A DNA stretch of 54,057 nucleotides, taken from positions 1 through 54,057 of IMG/VR virus record IMGVR_UViG_3300048930_000256, one strand, 5' to 3'. A model generated the notes under the pieces. It ran no database searches, had not been told where the DNA came from, and saw only the letters and a program-made list of their open reading frames with translations. Origin of the DNA: a virus (Duplodnaviria; Caudoviricetes). Both the position numbers and the translations under genes were made by a program. Shown here piece after piece: positions 1 to 11,191 of the stretch; position 1 is the first letter of the stretch, and each line of letters opens with the position of its first letter.

Positions 1-127
1 CTAGCCCGCTTTGGGATGCTATACAGCTCACCGCCAGTAGAAAGCCCGAGCTGCTGAAAACAAGAATCTATCGGTGTTGCTGCTGCTGGGTCGTCCCAAA
101 TCTTTGCTGCAATTCCTTGGCCGTCTA
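1..127. repeat. 127-bp direct terminal repeat (copy 1); circular contig overlap
   Basis: Bases 1-127 are identical to 53931-54057. 127 is a common assembler k-mer length, and a gene reads through the junction. Confidence 0.97.
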
Positions 128-239
128 CACATTGAAGGCCACCAACGGGAGCGAGCTTGGCATTAAGTTCAAGTCTTCGAGTCACTGGGTCTACCAGTGA
201 GGATATCGAGCAGGTGTCATTTATGCACGGTGCAGACAC
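1..239 (-). CDS. 5' part of a ~301-aa minor tail/virion protein spanning the circular junction
   Basis: GGAGG RBS then GTG at 239. It translates MSAPCINDTCSISSLVDPVTRRLELNAK... and stays in frame across the junction into the 53264..53764 ORF. Confidence 0.85.
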   Translation of the reverse strand, partial: MSAPCINDTCSISSLVDPVTRRLELNAKLAPVGGLQCVDGQGIAAKIWDDPAAATPIDSCFQQLGLSTGGELYSIPKRA

Positions 240-269
240 TATGTTCCTCCTAATTATTAGCTATGGAGT

Positions 270-620
270 TTACCCAAAGCTGCGCACGACAATTTCTTCG
301 CCGGTTTGTCCAGAGCGTACCCTTGCTTCATTCATAGAGGAAAAGCCAACATCTCCAACATAATAGAGTGTTTTAGAGTACCGCTCTGGTAGGGTGTATG
401 TGTTGCCGGAAAGCTGCGCAAGAACGCCAGTGTCAATCAATTCTTGAACGCCGGAGCCTCTAACATACTTCGTCGCTCCAGCAGCTTGCCCGCCGGCAGA
501 CTGAAGGAACGTCACCCGTATAACTTCTGGCTCTGGTTCGCCGAATACAATAGCATTGTTTCTGGTAGCGCCAGCTCTTGAACCGCCGCCTCCACCGCCG
601 CAGCTTCCGCACCTTGCCAT
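270..620 (-). CDS. hypothetical, probable virion protein (N-terminal MARCGSCGG)
   Basis: 116-aa ORF tightly packed among the tail genes. Confidence 0.7.
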   Translation of the reverse strand: MARCGSCGGGGGGSRAGATRNNAIVFGEPEPEVIRVTFLQSAGGQAAGATKYVRGSGVQELIDTGVLAQLSGNTYTLPERYSKTLYYVGDVGFSSMNEARVRSGQTGEEIVVRSFG

Positions 621-622
621 TG

Positions 623-862
623 CTACAGTACCTCTGCCATTCCCTGCGCGACAAGGCCGTTGATGAGCTTGTCTGTGCCGTCATGAAGAACTACGTCGCC
701 CTTGACATATTGATTCACATTAGCCTTGATAACAACTCGAACAATGGTATCTACTTCAGATTCTTCTTCAGCCGCATCGTCATCGATTGTCATGCCAAGA
801 GATTCTGCAACTTCCTTTAGTGGAATAATGTCTTTCCACTCGCCGCTATCTTCGTGTTCCAT
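623..862 (-). CDS. hypothetical acidic protein
   Basis: Start moved to ATG 862, which follows a GGGGG RBS. A TGA-TACGCT extended -10-like element lies upstream. Confidence 0.6.
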   Translation of the reverse strand: MEHEDSGEWKDIIPLKEVAESLGMTIDDDAAEEESEVDTIVRVVIKANVNQYVKGDVVLHDGTDKLINGLVAQGMAEVL

Positions 863-933
863 TTTTCGCCCCCATCGTGTTATGTTTTGTATTCTGCCCA
901 AAGCGTATCATTCCTACTCGTATCTTGCTAATT

Positions 934-2811
934 CTAATAATGAACAGTGACTATGCAAAGGCCGCCGGCTCCAACCCCTCCAGTATATCCAGTCGCTACA
1001 GCGGTGGCAGCTCCAGAGCCGCCGCTTCCTTCTGATTGACCGTTCCTGCCAACGCCAGATATCTCGCTCTTTCTTGTATTCGCGCCGCTCATGGCAGCGC
1101 CGCCGCCGTATGCTGCAAGCGCAGCCACGCCAGCAATTATACGACCATTTCCACCATCACTACCGCGAAGAAGAGTTGTCCCGGTCGTGCCAATTCCGCC
1201 AGCTCCGCCAAGGGCGACATCGTTGCCAGTGGTCCTAGTAGCCATACCGTTGCCACCAGAGCCGCCAGTTGCTATACAGTGAGCGCCGAAAGATGTCGTT
1301 CCGCCTGTGCCGCCATTGCCGCCAGTTGCGCTACCAGCAGTTCCACCAGCACCGACTGTTATAGTTTCGCTAACCCCGAGGCTTGCTACAGGAATAATGG
1401 CGCGAGCATAACCGCCACCGCCACCACCTGCGCCCTCTGCTTGTCCAGAGCCTGTTGAGTTTACGCCGCCACCACCGCCGCCAGCACCAAATGTTTCAAT
1501 GGTCACGCCAGTCATTCCGGGGTACGATGCCTTTGTGAATGAGTGTGGAGAGCCGGAGGTAGTGTAATTCAGGAGTGTTGGAACCGTAGTGGTGCCAGTG
1601 TCTCCCTTATCACCAGTGCGAACAAACTGCACGGTGCATGGGTCGTTGTTTACAAACGTGCCATTCGATGCAATCTGTACTACAGTGAATTGCCTGTATG
1701 TACCAACATCGGTCTGCGCTGCTGTGATATGCAGCACTTTCAATGTTGATGGAGTGGTCGCACTACGGATTATCAGATGCCCGCGAACAGAGCTGGTAGA
1801 GTCGTCCCACACATCAAGGAACGATGCAATGTTTACTGCATCGTTATCAGTCTCGCTTATTCGCAGCGTAGTGTTTCCGGCATTAAGTTTTAGCTTGCCG
1901 GTGCCCGGGTCTCCAGTGCCAGTGTCAGTGTTGTATTGGTATCTAACGCCAGCATCAAATCCTGTAGCGCCAGTGGGACCTGCCGGCCCCGTGGGTCCCG
2001 TAGGCCCTGCCGGTCCAGTCGGACCTGTTGCCCCCGTAGTACCAGTATCCCCTTTATCACCTGTCCTGTAAAATGCAACAGCGCAGTTCTCGTTGTTAGC
2101 AAAGGAACCGCTGCTTGCAAGCTGGTTTACGGTGAACTGCCTGTATGTACCGGAGTCAGTCTGTGTTGCTGTTATTTCTAGTGCCTTGAAAACTCCGGGG
2201 TTATCAGCGCTTTGCACAATGATATACCCGCGTGATGTTGATGTAGAGTCATCCCATACATCGAGGAAGCCTGCGATAAGTGCGCTGGTATTATCAGTTT
2301 CGCTTATGCGAAGCGTTGTATTACCACCATTGAGTTTCAGCTTCCCAGTGCCGGGGTCGCCTGTTCCAGTGTCCGTATTGTACTGATACAGGAATCCCGC
2401 GTCGATACCATCTGCTCCAGTGGCGCCAGTCGGTCCAGCGGGGCCGGTGGGACCAGCGGGGCCTGTAGCTCCGGTAGCACCAGTAGGACCGGTAGCACCA
2501 GTAGGACCGGTAGCACCAGTAGGACCGGGAGGACCAGCGGGGCCAGTAGCTCCGGCAGGGCCAGTTGCTCCATCTGCTCCAGCGGGGCCTTGTGGCCCGG
2601 GAGGACCCTGCTCTCCCCCTCCGCCAGTTCCGCTAGTAGAGCCATCTGGATTGACAACAAGCAGCTCGCCATTCGTGCTTTCTGCCCATGTAAAATCATC
2701 TGGGAGTACAGAGCGGTTGATAGACTTTTTGAGCTGCTTAATAGCATCCCAAATAGATTGGAACTCATTGCCTATGGCGTCCCTAGGATTTCCCATCTCT
2801 CGCCTAAACAA
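934..2811 (-). CDS. tail fibre with collagen-like G-X-Y repeats, a duplicated ~125-aa module and a Gly-rich C-terminal domain
   Basis: Long GPT/GAT/GPA triplet runs; two copies of [23 protein letters not shown]...KGDTGTT; located after the minor tail genes. Confidence 0.85.
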   Translation of the reverse strand: MFRREMGNPRDAIGNEFQSIWDAIKQLKKSINRSVLPDDFTWAESTNGELLVVNPDGSTSGTGGGGEQGPPGPQGPAGADGATGPAGATGPAGPPGPTGATGPTGATGPTGATGATGPAGPTGPAGPTGATGADGIDAGFLYQYNTDTGTGDPGTGKLKLNGGNTTLRISETDNTSALIAGFLDVWDDSTSTSRGYIIVQSADNPGVFKALEITATQTDSGTYRQFTVNQLASSGSFANNENCAVAFYRTGDKGDTGTTGATGPTGPAGPTGPTGPAGPTGATGFDAGVRYQYNTDTGTGDPGTGKLKLNAGNTTLRISETDNDAVNIASFLDVWDDSTSSVRGHLIIRSATTPSTLKVLHITAAQTDVGTYRQFTVVQIASNGTFVNNDPCTVQFVRTGDKGDTGTTTVPTLLNYTTSGSPHSFTKASYPGMTGVTIETFGAGGGGGGVNSTGSGQAEGAGGGGGGYARAIIPVASLGVSETITVGAGGTAGSATGGNGGTGGTTSFGAHCIATGGSGGNGMATRTTGNDVALGGAGGIGTTGTTLLRGSDGGNGRIIAGVAALAAYGGGAAMSGANTRKSEISGVGRNGQSEGSGGSGAATAVATGYTGGVGAGGLCIVTVHY

Positions 2812-2812
2812 C

Positions 2813-3895
2813 CTACGCCTCCTCTTCTGTATCTATGAAGCCGCCGCTGTCATCATCAGCAGTTATACCCTCAACCTGCGCAAGCGTACCAATAGGCTGC
2901 AAGCTTATGCCTATCGTTTGTACGCCGGCAGCAACATCAACATCGACAGAACCAAGCCTGAAATCCTGTGTCTGCGCGTAGCATAGGTTCTCGAATTCAA
3001 GTGAGACAATTCTGCCGGGAATAAGTTCTTTTACATCAATAGCACCCTGCCGCAAGGTAAGAGCATCGCCAGCCCTAACAACCCTAGGGACAACGCCGCT
3101 GGTAAAGTCGTACCGAGAGCGGGCGGTAGCCGCTGCTGTGGCGTTCGAGTTGATTGACTCATCGAATACTAAGTCTTGCACAAGCGGGTAAATCTCTGAG
3201 CCTGACACAATGCCCGGAGGGTACTGCCCAACAACAGAGCGGGCGCCCTCAACTATCACTTGGTTAGCGAACAGCTCTCCGGCCTTTCTAAGAACAATAT
3301 CGCCAGAGAAGTCGTCACTGCCAAGCGTAAGCCTTTCACCAAAAGCTAGTGTGCCAACATACATCTGGTTGCCGATAACAGTCACATCAACCGCTGCATC
3401 CATAAGCTCTTTCAGAATGAACCAAACGATTCGCTTCTGCGTATTAGGATAGCGACGAGATGCTATGACGCCAGTAGCGCTAGTGATAATCTCAACAGGA
3501 ATAGGGCTATACTGCATAGCATTATCCCAAAGCTCTTTGAAGTGGATAGCCTCGTCCTGCTTTTTCTCGTATGGCTGTTGCAGCACCCTGCGCCTAGCCC
3601 ATGAAAGCATATCCTCTGCTTCAACAACGACAGTAGACCTACCGTACTCAACGGCTGTGATTGGTCCAGACCAGACTATATTGTTGTCTAGTAGTATCTC
3701 TAGGTTGTCGGCAAGCGGCTCGATGTCTCCCAGTAGTGAGCAGCAATCAGGGTCGTTGAGCGTATGAACTATCTTCGCCTTGGAAATCTCATCGTTGCGC
3801 CTACCCCAGCTAATGCTTTGTATTGTGTATGGGGCTACGCCAATAGCAGCGCCCCTAACGCCGTACCTGACCTCGTATGAAAAATCGCAATCCAA
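2813..3895 (-). CDS. minor tail protein (baseplate hub/Tal-like position)
   Basis: 360 aa, second gene after the tape measure, abutting its neighbours. Confidence 0.7.
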   Translation of the reverse strand: MDCDFSYEVRYGVRGAAIGVAPYTIQSISWGRRNDEISKAKIVHTLNDPDCCSLLGDIEPLADNLEILLDNNIVWSGPITAVEYGRSTVVVEAEDMLSWARRRVLQQPYEKKQDEAIHFKELWDNAMQYSPIPVEIITSATGVIASRRYPNTQKRIVWFILKELMDAAVDVTVIGNQMYVGTLAFGERLTLGSDDFSGDIVLRKAGELFANQVIVEGARSVVGQYPPGIVSGSEIYPLVQDLVFDESINSNATAAATARSRYDFTSGVVPRVVRAGDALTLRQGAIDVKELIPGRIVSLEFENLCYAQTQDFRLGSVDVDVAAGVQTIGISLQPIGTLAQVEGITADDDSGGFIDTEEEA

Positions 3896-5275
3896 TTACG
3901 ATAGCCACCTTCGGTATTTCGCTATTGTTGCTACAGAGCGAGACTTACCAGCACCAGTCTTAAGCTGCGTATTCGACTTATCCCATTCTACACATGCAAC
4001 CATTGGTGCGCAGCTTGTCACAAGTGGGAAGAGCTTCCCTCTAGCCGTGTCAATCTGGTATGGGAACGGAGTGCATTTTCCATCGCAAGACATGAAGACC
4101 CTATTGGAGCGCCCGTCTATGGTAAGCGTTGCGTTTGATGGTATGTATGGAATCTTGATTTCAAAGCGCGGGCTTGGCCGCGAAGCGCACCACGCATCGT
4201 ATGATTCCTCATCGTCGATACACTCTAGCTCATCTGGGTTATCGTAGATTGACACAGTGACATTGCGTAGGCCAAGTTCTGTGAAGGCTATGCCATCAGC
4301 GTCTTCAGCTGTATCAAACCCACTGAATATGTCAATCTTAAGTGCGGTATCATAGCCAGCCGCGCCAATGTCGTTCACGCAGCAGCATTGCACAATCTTC
4401 TCCAGAGGCTCACAGAAACAGCTTGAAGGTGTGATTGTAGTCGGAGTAGGAGCAGATGCCGAGAAACAGGTACACAGCGGGTCTGTGATACATCTATCGC
4501 AGGCCGGCTTAGGTTCATTGCAGCACTCATCGCGGCAGAACGATGACCAGTCGAAGCACCTAGTAAATGCCTCTGGGTCTGCTACCTGTGTGCAGGCAAC
4601 GTCTTCACAGCCAAAGCTATAAGGTGATTCGGATTGAATAACGACGTTTACCTTCTGCGCTACACACGAGCAGGTGTCAAAGAATTCTTCTGGAAGAATC
4701 TTGATGCCATCGACAACGCCAGAGCTTTCCCATGACCTAAGACCAGTATCACAGCCTTCAGAGTCGTCGCAGCTACGGCGAAGCGTTAGCCGGTTCCCAT
4801 AACATGCGCCGCACGGGTCTTGGTCACAAATGCAAAGCTCGGTCTCAAATACTCTTCGCAGCCATTCGATGCCATAGTCTTGACCACGACATGAGGTAGA
4901 CAGGACAAGCATCTCAATGGTCATTGAGCGGCCTGCAAGACTCGCCCTGTTAAGAATTGTGCCTACATCAAAAGCTGGCACAGGCTCCCTACGAATGGTG
5001 GAGTCTGAGGCGCCCTCAACTTTGAGAATCATAGCGCCAAGGAATTCTGTTGATGCGCTATCGTTCGGGTCGTACCAAGGAGCTGGGTCTTCCTCTGGGC
5101 TGACAGGCGGAGTATTCATGTCATCAAGCGGGCATGAACACTCCAGCATCTCTGGCCGGCAATCTTCTGGGTACATGTCGTTCTCACACGCCCACTTATG
5201 GTAAGCGTATGTTCGGGCATTGTCGGCAAATACAGCGCAACCATATTGAGCAAAGCTATGACGAGTTGTTGTCAT
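3896..5275 (-). CDS. minor tail protein (distal-tail/Dit position), Cys-rich
   Basis: 459 aa directly after the tape measure; about 35 Cys by manual count; C-terminal IPYIPSNATLTIDGR segment resembles actinophage minor tail proteins. Confidence 0.75.
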   Translation of the reverse strand: MTTTRHSFAQYGCAVFADNARTYAYHKWACENDMYPEDCRPEMLECSCPLDDMNTPPVSPEEDPAPWYDPNDSASTEFLGAMILKVEGASDSTIRREPVPAFDVGTILNRASLAGRSMTIEMLVLSTSCRGQDYGIEWLRRVFETELCICDQDPCGACYGNRLTLRRSCDDSEGCDTGLRSWESSGVVDGIKILPEEFFDTCSCVAQKVNVVIQSESPYSFGCEDVACTQVADPEAFTRCFDWSSFCRDECCNEPKPACDRCITDPLCTCFSASAPTPTTITPSSCFCEPLEKIVQCCCVNDIGAAGYDTALKIDIFSGFDTAEDADGIAFTELGLRNVTVSIYDNPDELECIDDEESYDAWCASRPSPRFEIKIPYIPSNATLTIDGRSNRVFMSCDGKCTPFPYQIDTARGKLFPLVTSCAPMVACVEWDKSNTQLKTGAGKSRSVATIAKYRRWLS

Positions 5276-8200
5276 CTACCTGCTAACCCCCTGTACCTGT
5301 GACCTTATTCTAGCATCGAGTAGCGATACTATCGTAGCAGGGTCATTAGAATTTGTATTGACAACAATCTGCCGGTTGTCATTCACCATAGACCCCGGCT
5401 GACCAACAGCTCCACCAGAGTTATTAAGCGCATCGATAAGGTTGCGCAAATCCTTGGCAGAAATGACAGAGCCGTTTGTCGATGGTACGAACAGTTCCCT
5501 GCCGCGCTCGCCAACCGTGTACGGGGTCATGGCGTTTACTTTGCCGCCCTGCGCCCTGAAGTTTCCTCCGCCATACTGCTTCAGATACTTCATGACCTTT
5601 GCAACATACGCGATGGTTTCGCCAAACGATGAGAGTGCAATTGCAGCGTTGCCCGGCCCGGCGTTATACGCAGCAAGAGCCATAGGGATATTACCGTTGA
5701 AAGCTTTGAGCTGCTGCTTGATGTACTTAGCGCCGCCGATAGCGTTCTGGAATGGGTCAAGGATATTGTTCACGCCGAGGCTTGCGGCGGTGGCCGGCAT
5801 AAGCTGCATGAGGCCGCGAGCGCCAGCAGGAGAGCCGGCATTAGGATTGAATGACGACTCTGCCCGAGCTATAGCGGCGAGCAGGTTGAAATCTACGCCA
5901 GTGACTTTAGCAGCGTTGGCAAGCGCATCCTCGACCTGCTTTGAGGCTCCGGCAATGTCAGCCATCATCTTCTCATTGCCACGTATCCATCCAAGGTGAA
6001 GGTGGTCATAGTGGCCAGATGATTGCCACAAGACTTCATCGAAGAACTTGCCTTGGTATTTCCGTGCCCACGCCGCTGCACTTGACAGCTCGCCGAATGT
6101 GTTGCCACCGCCAAGGCCGTAGTCCATAGCAAGGCCCTGTACGTGCAGGGAGTTTGCAGCCCCACCGATAGCAGCGTTGTATGCTGGGTTGTTGTACCGA
6201 CGCATCTGGCTTGCAATGTTCGGGGTAATGCCAAACATTTTGCCGATAGCAACAGCCTGCGCGATAGTGTCTTCCATGCCTGTGGACTGACCAATGCCAC
6301 CAGCAGCAAAGCCTAGCGTTCCTGCTATAGGAGCAATGTCGGCAAAGAATTCCTGCGGGTCAAAGTCAAGGTCTGCTCCGGCATTTCCAATAAGGAATTC
6401 CGCAGACATCTCTTTGAATAACTTGTCTGGAATTGTGTGCTTGGCAAGGTCAGGCCCTACACTCTTTACCCATCCCTTGACTTCACCAAAGCCGTCTTCA
6501 AGACCGCGCTTAAATCCGTGCATCATAGCTTCACCGGCAGGGCGTAGCAATTGCTTGTCGTATGAGATTGGGCCTTTGTTATTCTTAATCCATGTAGCAA
6601 TACTCTTGACGAATGGCTGAACCTCTTTCATCCAGACATCTTTGATTCCGTCCCTGAATCCGAGCATGACTTGTGTGCCTGCGTATGCGGCTGCAACCTT
6701 GCCCTTCTTCAGTGTATCGGTAGCGCCGTTAAGCGCGGCGCGGGCAGCAGACCTAGCTCTACCAGCGGCAAGGCGCATACCAGCAGCAAAGCCGCCAGCG
6801 ATAGCCATACCAGCAGCAAACGCAGATGCGGTAGCGATAGGCGTCCATAGCACGATGCCAGCAGATAGTCCGAGAACGCTTTCACGCCCGCGCTTCTTCA
6901 TGAGGCCGGACGGTGATTTGATTTGCATGTACCGCGTGAACGAGCTATCAAAGACGTTCGCCATTGTCACGCCAGCTTTTTTCGCTGTAGGCTCTGATGC
7001 CTTAGTTCCTGCTAGAAGCCCCTGCGCAGATTGCTGTGCGTACTTAAAGAAGTTCTCTTTTGCTCTTCTCGGAACAACAGCCCTAGATTGTATGGCCGCT
7101 GTCTGCTTGGCAAGGTTGCCAATTGCTATTTCTATATTAGCCTTAGTTCTAACAAACCCATCTCCGCCGAACAGGAACTGGTTCTGCATACTAGCGGTTG
7201 CTTTGTTATACAGCTCTCTCTGCGCTGCTGTGAGTTCACCTACTAGAGCTGGGTCTCTAATAGCGTCCCTAACAGCTTTGATTTGCGGCTCTACTATCGA
7301 GCGCGGAGAGAATGGAGCCTTAGCATTACCAAGATTCTGTCCACCAATAGACACCCGAAGCTCTAGTGGGCTTTGCTGTATGAAGCTTCTCGCAGCCTTT
7401 ATCTCGGCGTCAATCTTTTTTAAGAGCTGATTGCGCTGGTTCTTTGGAAGGCCGAGCGTAAGAATTGTATTGCGCTCTTTCTGAAGAACCTGTATCTGTC
7501 CAAGAACCGTTTGAACGGCTTCTTGATTAAGCCTTGGTGAGAACGCAAGGCCACTCTCCATCTTCTTGTTGAATTCAGAGAATGTGAACTGCCTAATCTC
7601 ATCCAGACGCTTTGTCTGTAATTGCGAAAGCTTTTCACTGGCTTTAAGCTGGCCAATACCAAGGAGCGAGCGGAGGCGTTCACCCTCAGCATTTTTCAAA
7701 GAAGCCTTGGCGTATAGGTCTACCAGCTTCTTAGTTTCGTTGTTTACGCCAGCAATAGTCTTTGATGCAAGGGTATTAGCTGTACTCTTCTCAATCTCTT
7801 TGTTAGTTTCTTTGAGCTGCTTATTCAGCTCTTTCACGCTATCCTTGCTCTGCTTGAAAGCATCATTAAGCTTGTTCGCTGCTTCATCTGACTTGAAAAG
7901 ACTGTCGCTTGCACTCTTTAGCTCAGAGCGAATATCCTTTATCATGCCGCCGATTTTAGGAATACGTTCAAGCGGTTTGAGTGATTCTCTTACAACATCA
8001 AGTATGAAGCCCGGTATGGCCTTGAACGGTGCAGACAGGTAGTCGAACATGCTGCCGCCGATAAGCTTGATGCCTTCGAGGAAGTCGCCGCCAAGTATTG
8101 CCTTCACTCCACGAGTGAACTTACCTATAGCCCCGAGTGTTGAGCCGACAAACCTACCAACAGCTCTGCCAAACGCAAAGAACGCTCTTCCCATGAATGA

Positions 8201-11182
8201 AAGCACGTCTGAAATAATCGGCTTGATTGCCTTGAACAAATCACTGAGCTTTTCAAAAGAGACAGAAAGACCGTCTATTACCTCGTTCGCATCTTTATTG
8301 CCTTTGAGCGATTCTGATAGACCCTTCTTGAACCCCTTGAAGACATTAGTGACTACTTGCACAGCAGCCACGACGAGTCCAAATACAACTGCAAGCTTAG
8401 AGCCTGCCTTTACAATTCCAGCGATTATCGGGCGAATACTTTTCAGTAGACCAGACAGCTTGGATATTCCCGAGAGCTGCCTTGGCGCGGCAAGCGCAGC
8501 AACGCCACTAGCAGCAGCAGCCTTGCTTTTTCCGCCACCAGCGACAAGTGTTGCGCCGGCAGCAGACTGTGAAGCAGCGACAGCGGCCTGAGCAGCAGCC
8601 ATACCGCGTAGCGCGGTAGTAGTCCTGTTCACAACTTGCAAATACTGTGAGCCAGCGGTAGCCCATGAGGTAAGCGTGTTCGCCCATTTGAGTCCAATGA
8701 TGGCGACCATGATAGCTTTTAGCTTTTCAAGCTGTGAAGCGAGTCCGACTATAGGAAGAACGAATAGCCTTAGCGCTTTACTTGTAAGGAAAAGCGTGAC
8801 CCACGAACGTATAAACGCCCTGACAGCAGCGTCGTTCTCACGAATGAACTTAACAAGAGTGCCGAGCGCCCTGCCAATTCTAGGAAGCGTGTTTTCCGCA
8901 AATCTTCCTAGCGCCTCGAACGCCTTGCCAAGCACAGCAAAGAATCCCATGTTAGAGCCAGCGCCAAACGCCTCGCTCCTAAACTCTGTGAACATTCCTG
9001 ATATACCTTTAAGGAATGATGCGTACCCCTTCTCTAATGAATTGAAGAATGATGCGCCTTCTCCACCAAACGCGAAGCGCTCGATAGCTGGAACGAAGTT
9101 TTCAGCAACAGCATTTCCTATAGCAATTGCCCTGTCCTCCAATTTTGTGAACAGGGATACAGAACCCTCCATCTCGCCATTAAGCTGCTTGAAAGTGTCT
9201 CGAAGTGAAAGGCCGATAGGCTCTGCCGCCCTTCGTGCAAGAGCGCCAATTTCGTTTGTAAACTGCTCAAACTGGAAGGAGAGTGTGTTGGTGAATACAC
9301 TAGCCTGTCGCTCTGTTGCCCCAGTAGCAGACTTTATTTGCGCTTCAAGGGCGTTGATACCATCCATTCCCATAGAAGAAATCTGTGGAAGAATCTGGAT
9401 AAGCCCTGCGCCAGACTTCTCAGTGAGGCCAAGTTCTTTACGCAGCCTTGCTAATCCTTGGCTACCCTCAGCCTCCCTAACCTTCTCGAATTGCTCGGCC
9501 ATCTGGACAAGCGTTTTGGTGAATGGAATTGTTTTCCCGTTTACCCTGCCAACTTGTATGCCGTACTTCTCGAAGGCTGCGGTTGTCTCTGGTGTCTTGG
9601 TAGACGCCTTGTTTATTTCACGGATGAGGATGCCCATTTGCTCACCGGCTTTGAGGCCGCGAACATTGGCTTTCGCAAATAGCGATAGAATTGTTAGCGT
9701 CTGAGAAATCTCTTGACCATACGCCCTAAACGATGGCGCTGCCCTGTTAGCAAACGCTTGCGCAACCTCTGTGGCTGATGCGTTGGTAGCGTTCGATACA
9801 AACGTGAACTGGTCTGTAAGGCGGGTAAGGTTCTTCATCTCCTCACCAGATGCGAAGATCGAGCCGGTCAGATGCTCGGTCGCTTCAGCGAGGTCTATCT
9901 GTTCGTTTTGTGCAAACCTAGAAACAGTGCCAAGAGTTGATTCAATCTGCTTGATGTCTAGGCCGGCCTGTGCAAGAGCCTTTGCGCCCTCTGCAACCTC
10001 TGTTGTGTTGAAGATGGTCTCAATAGCAACCTGCTCAGAAACTCTAAGAATCCTGTCGCCAAGCTGTGCCACAGAGCGCTCAAATCCTTTTGCCCCATCT
10101 TCGCCGCGAGACATAGCCTCAACAAAAGCGTCTGATGCTAGAACGCCTACGGCGCGAGCCGCTGCCTGTTCAGCCCTAGCGAAAGAAACTATGGCGCTGC
10201 CCGATATAGCGGCAAACGAGCCAGCTACTCCTGCCGTGAAAATACCAAAGCCTGTTGTCAGCCTTCGCAGAATTCTCGTGGTAGTTGCATCGAACTGTGA
10301 AAGGTCGTTTCGCAGGATTCGTAGTGTAGCCCTGTGTGACCCTTGAATCGATGCTTGCGCCCGCTCATTTATGAGAACTCTTTGGGCTGCGAACCTCTGG
10401 TCTTGCAGGAGCTGCTTACTTCTAAAGCGAGCCTCCTCCATAGACTGAGCATCGAGGCCAAGCTTCTTCGCGGCAAGTAAGCGTCCTTCAGTTGAAGCAG
10501 CAGAGGAAACTCTGATATCAGCAGCAGCCTTTGCCTTGGCAGCCTCGCGCTCGATGACCTTCGCTGCTTCAGCTTCAGCCATTCGAGTTTTGTTCTGGTA
10601 CAGCGTATCTATCCGTGCTTGCAGCGCGGCAGCAGTAGCAACAGCTTTAGCCCCAGCCTTGGCTATAGACTTCTCATCTAGGTCTATTGGTATATCAACT
10701 GGGTCGCCTTTGAGATTTACTTCAAGCTGCTTCACCTTCATGCGAAGCTCTCGAACAAGCTCCATTTTCTCGGTGTCTAGGTCAAGCTCGACACGAATCT
10801 TTGGCGGCTTAGTCTTCGCCTCTTTGAGTTTCCTGTTCGCATCCTTCAGCGCAGCGCGGGCATCTCGGGCTAGAACATTTAGGCCAACATTCAGAGTAGG
10901 CGGGTTCTTCAGCGTTTTAAGCTGTGCGTTTGCCTCTCTAATTGCAGCGGCGCCAGAGCCTCTTCGAACCTTCAGGTCTACAGGAATTGTGACAGGGTTT
11001 TTCTCAGCCTGCGCTTCAGCCTCTTTTTGGACAGACTTTACAGCGCCCTTTTTGAGATTCAGAACTACAGGAATATCGGCGACAACACCCTTTGTGGAGG
11101 ACTCTATTGCAGCCTGAAAAACCTTCCTATCAACATCGGGAAGAAGTTCAACGAATAACCTACCTGCAATCTCACCAGCCAC
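5276..11182 (-). CDS. tape measure protein with C-terminal M15-like peptidase and SLT transglycosylase domains
   Basis: 1968 aa, Ala-rich and helical, follows the chaperone genes. Motifs: NAAIGGAANSLHVQGLAMD..HYDHLH (M15-like) and AESSFNPNAGSPAGARGLMQLMP..AAYNAGPG (SLT). Confidence 0.95.
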   Translation of the reverse strand: MAGEIAGRLFVELLPDVDRKVFQAAIESSTKGVVADIPVVLNLKKGAVKSVQKEAEAQAEKNPVTIPVDLKVRRGSGAAAIREANAQLKTLKNPPTLNVGLNVLARDARAALKDANRKLKEAKTKPPKIRVELDLDTEKMELVRELRMKVKQLEVNLKGDPVDIPIDLDEKSIAKAGAKAVATAAALQARIDTLYQNKTRMAEAEAAKVIEREAAKAKAAADIRVSSAASTEGRLLAAKKLGLDAQSMEEARFRSKQLLQDQRFAAQRVLINERAQASIQGSHRATLRILRNDLSQFDATTTRILRRLTTGFGIFTAGVAGSFAAISGSAIVSFARAEQAAARAVGVLASDAFVEAMSRGEDGAKGFERSVAQLGDRILRVSEQVAIETIFNTTEVAEGAKALAQAGLDIKQIESTLGTVSRFAQNEQIDLAEATEHLTGSIFASGEEMKNLTRLTDQFTFVSNATNASATEVAQAFANRAAPSFRAYGQEISQTLTILSLFAKANVRGLKAGEQMGILIREINKASTKTPETTAAFEKYGIQVGRVNGKTIPFTKTLVQMAEQFEKVREAEGSQGLARLRKELGLTEKSGAGLIQILPQISSMGMDGINALEAQIKSATGATERQASVFTNTLSFQFEQFTNEIGALARRAAEPIGLSLRDTFKQLNGEMEGSVSLFTKLEDRAIAIGNAVAENFVPAIERFAFGGEGASFFNSLEKGYASFLKGISGMFTEFRSEAFGAGSNMGFFAVLGKAFEALGRFAENTLPRIGRALGTLVKFIRENDAAVRAFIRSWVTLFLTSKALRLFVLPIVGLASQLEKLKAIMVAIIGLKWANTLTSWATAGSQYLQVVNRTTTALRGMAAAQAAVAASQSAAGATLVAGGGKSKAAAASGVAALAAPRQLSGISKLSGLLKSIRPIIAGIVKAGSKLAVVFGLVVAAVQVVTNVFKGFKKGLSESLKGNKDANEVIDGLSVSFEKLSDLFKAIKPIISDVLSFMGRAFFAFGRAVGRFVGSTLGAIGKFTRGVKAILGGDFLEGIKLIGGSMFDYLSAPFKAIPGFILDVVRESLKPLERIPKIGGMIKDIRSELKSASDSLFKSDEAANKLNDAFKQSKDSVKELNKQLKETNKEIEKSTANTLASKTIAGVNNETKKLVDLYAKASLKNAEGERLRSLLGIGQLKASEKLSQLQTKRLDEIRQFTFSEFNKKMESGLAFSPRLNQEAVQTVLGQIQVLQKERNTILTLGLPKNQRNQLLKKIDAEIKAARSFIQQSPLELRVSIGGQNLGNAKAPFSPRSIVEPQIKAVRDAIRDPALVGELTAAQRELYNKATASMQNQFLFGGDGFVRTKANIEIAIGNLAKQTAAIQSRAVVPRRAKENFFKYAQQSAQGLLAGTKASEPTAKKAGVTMANVFDSSFTRYMQIKSPSGLMKKRGRESVLGLSAGIVLWTPIATASAFAAGMAIAGGFAAGMRLAAGRARSAARAALNGATDTLKKGKVAAAYAGTQVMLGFRDGIKDVWMKEVQPFVKSIATWIKNNKGPISYDKQLLRPAGEAMMHGFKRGLEDGFGEVKGWVKSVGPDLAKHTIPDKLFKEMSAEFLIGNAGADLDFDPQEFFADIAPIAGTLGFAAGGIGQSTGMEDTIAQAVAIGKMFGITPNIASQMRRYNNPAYNAAIGGAANSLHVQGLAMDYGLGGGNTFGELSSAAAWARKYQGKFFDEVLWQSSGHYDHLHLGWIRGNEKMMADIAGASKQVEDALANAAKVTGVDFNLLAAIARAESSFNPNAGSPAGARGLMQLMPATAASLGVNNILDPFQNAIGGAKYIKQQLKAFNGNIPMALAAYNAGPGNAAIALSSFGETIAYVAKVMKYLKQYGGGNFRAQGGKVNAMTPYTVGERGRELFVPSTNGSVISAKDLRNLIDALNNSGGAVGQPGSMVNDNRQIVVNTNSNDPATIVSLLDARIRSQVQGVSR

Positions 11183-11191
11183 GCCCAGAGC

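Noticed and set aside
934-2811. Diversity-generating retroelement target and template repeats
   Set aside because: No reverse transcriptase in the genome, and the differences between the two copies do not appear adenine-specific.
5442-11117. Long plus-strand ORFs opposite the tape measure and other structural genes
   Set aside because: Antisense shadows of real minus-strand genes, with no recognisable motifs or RBS.
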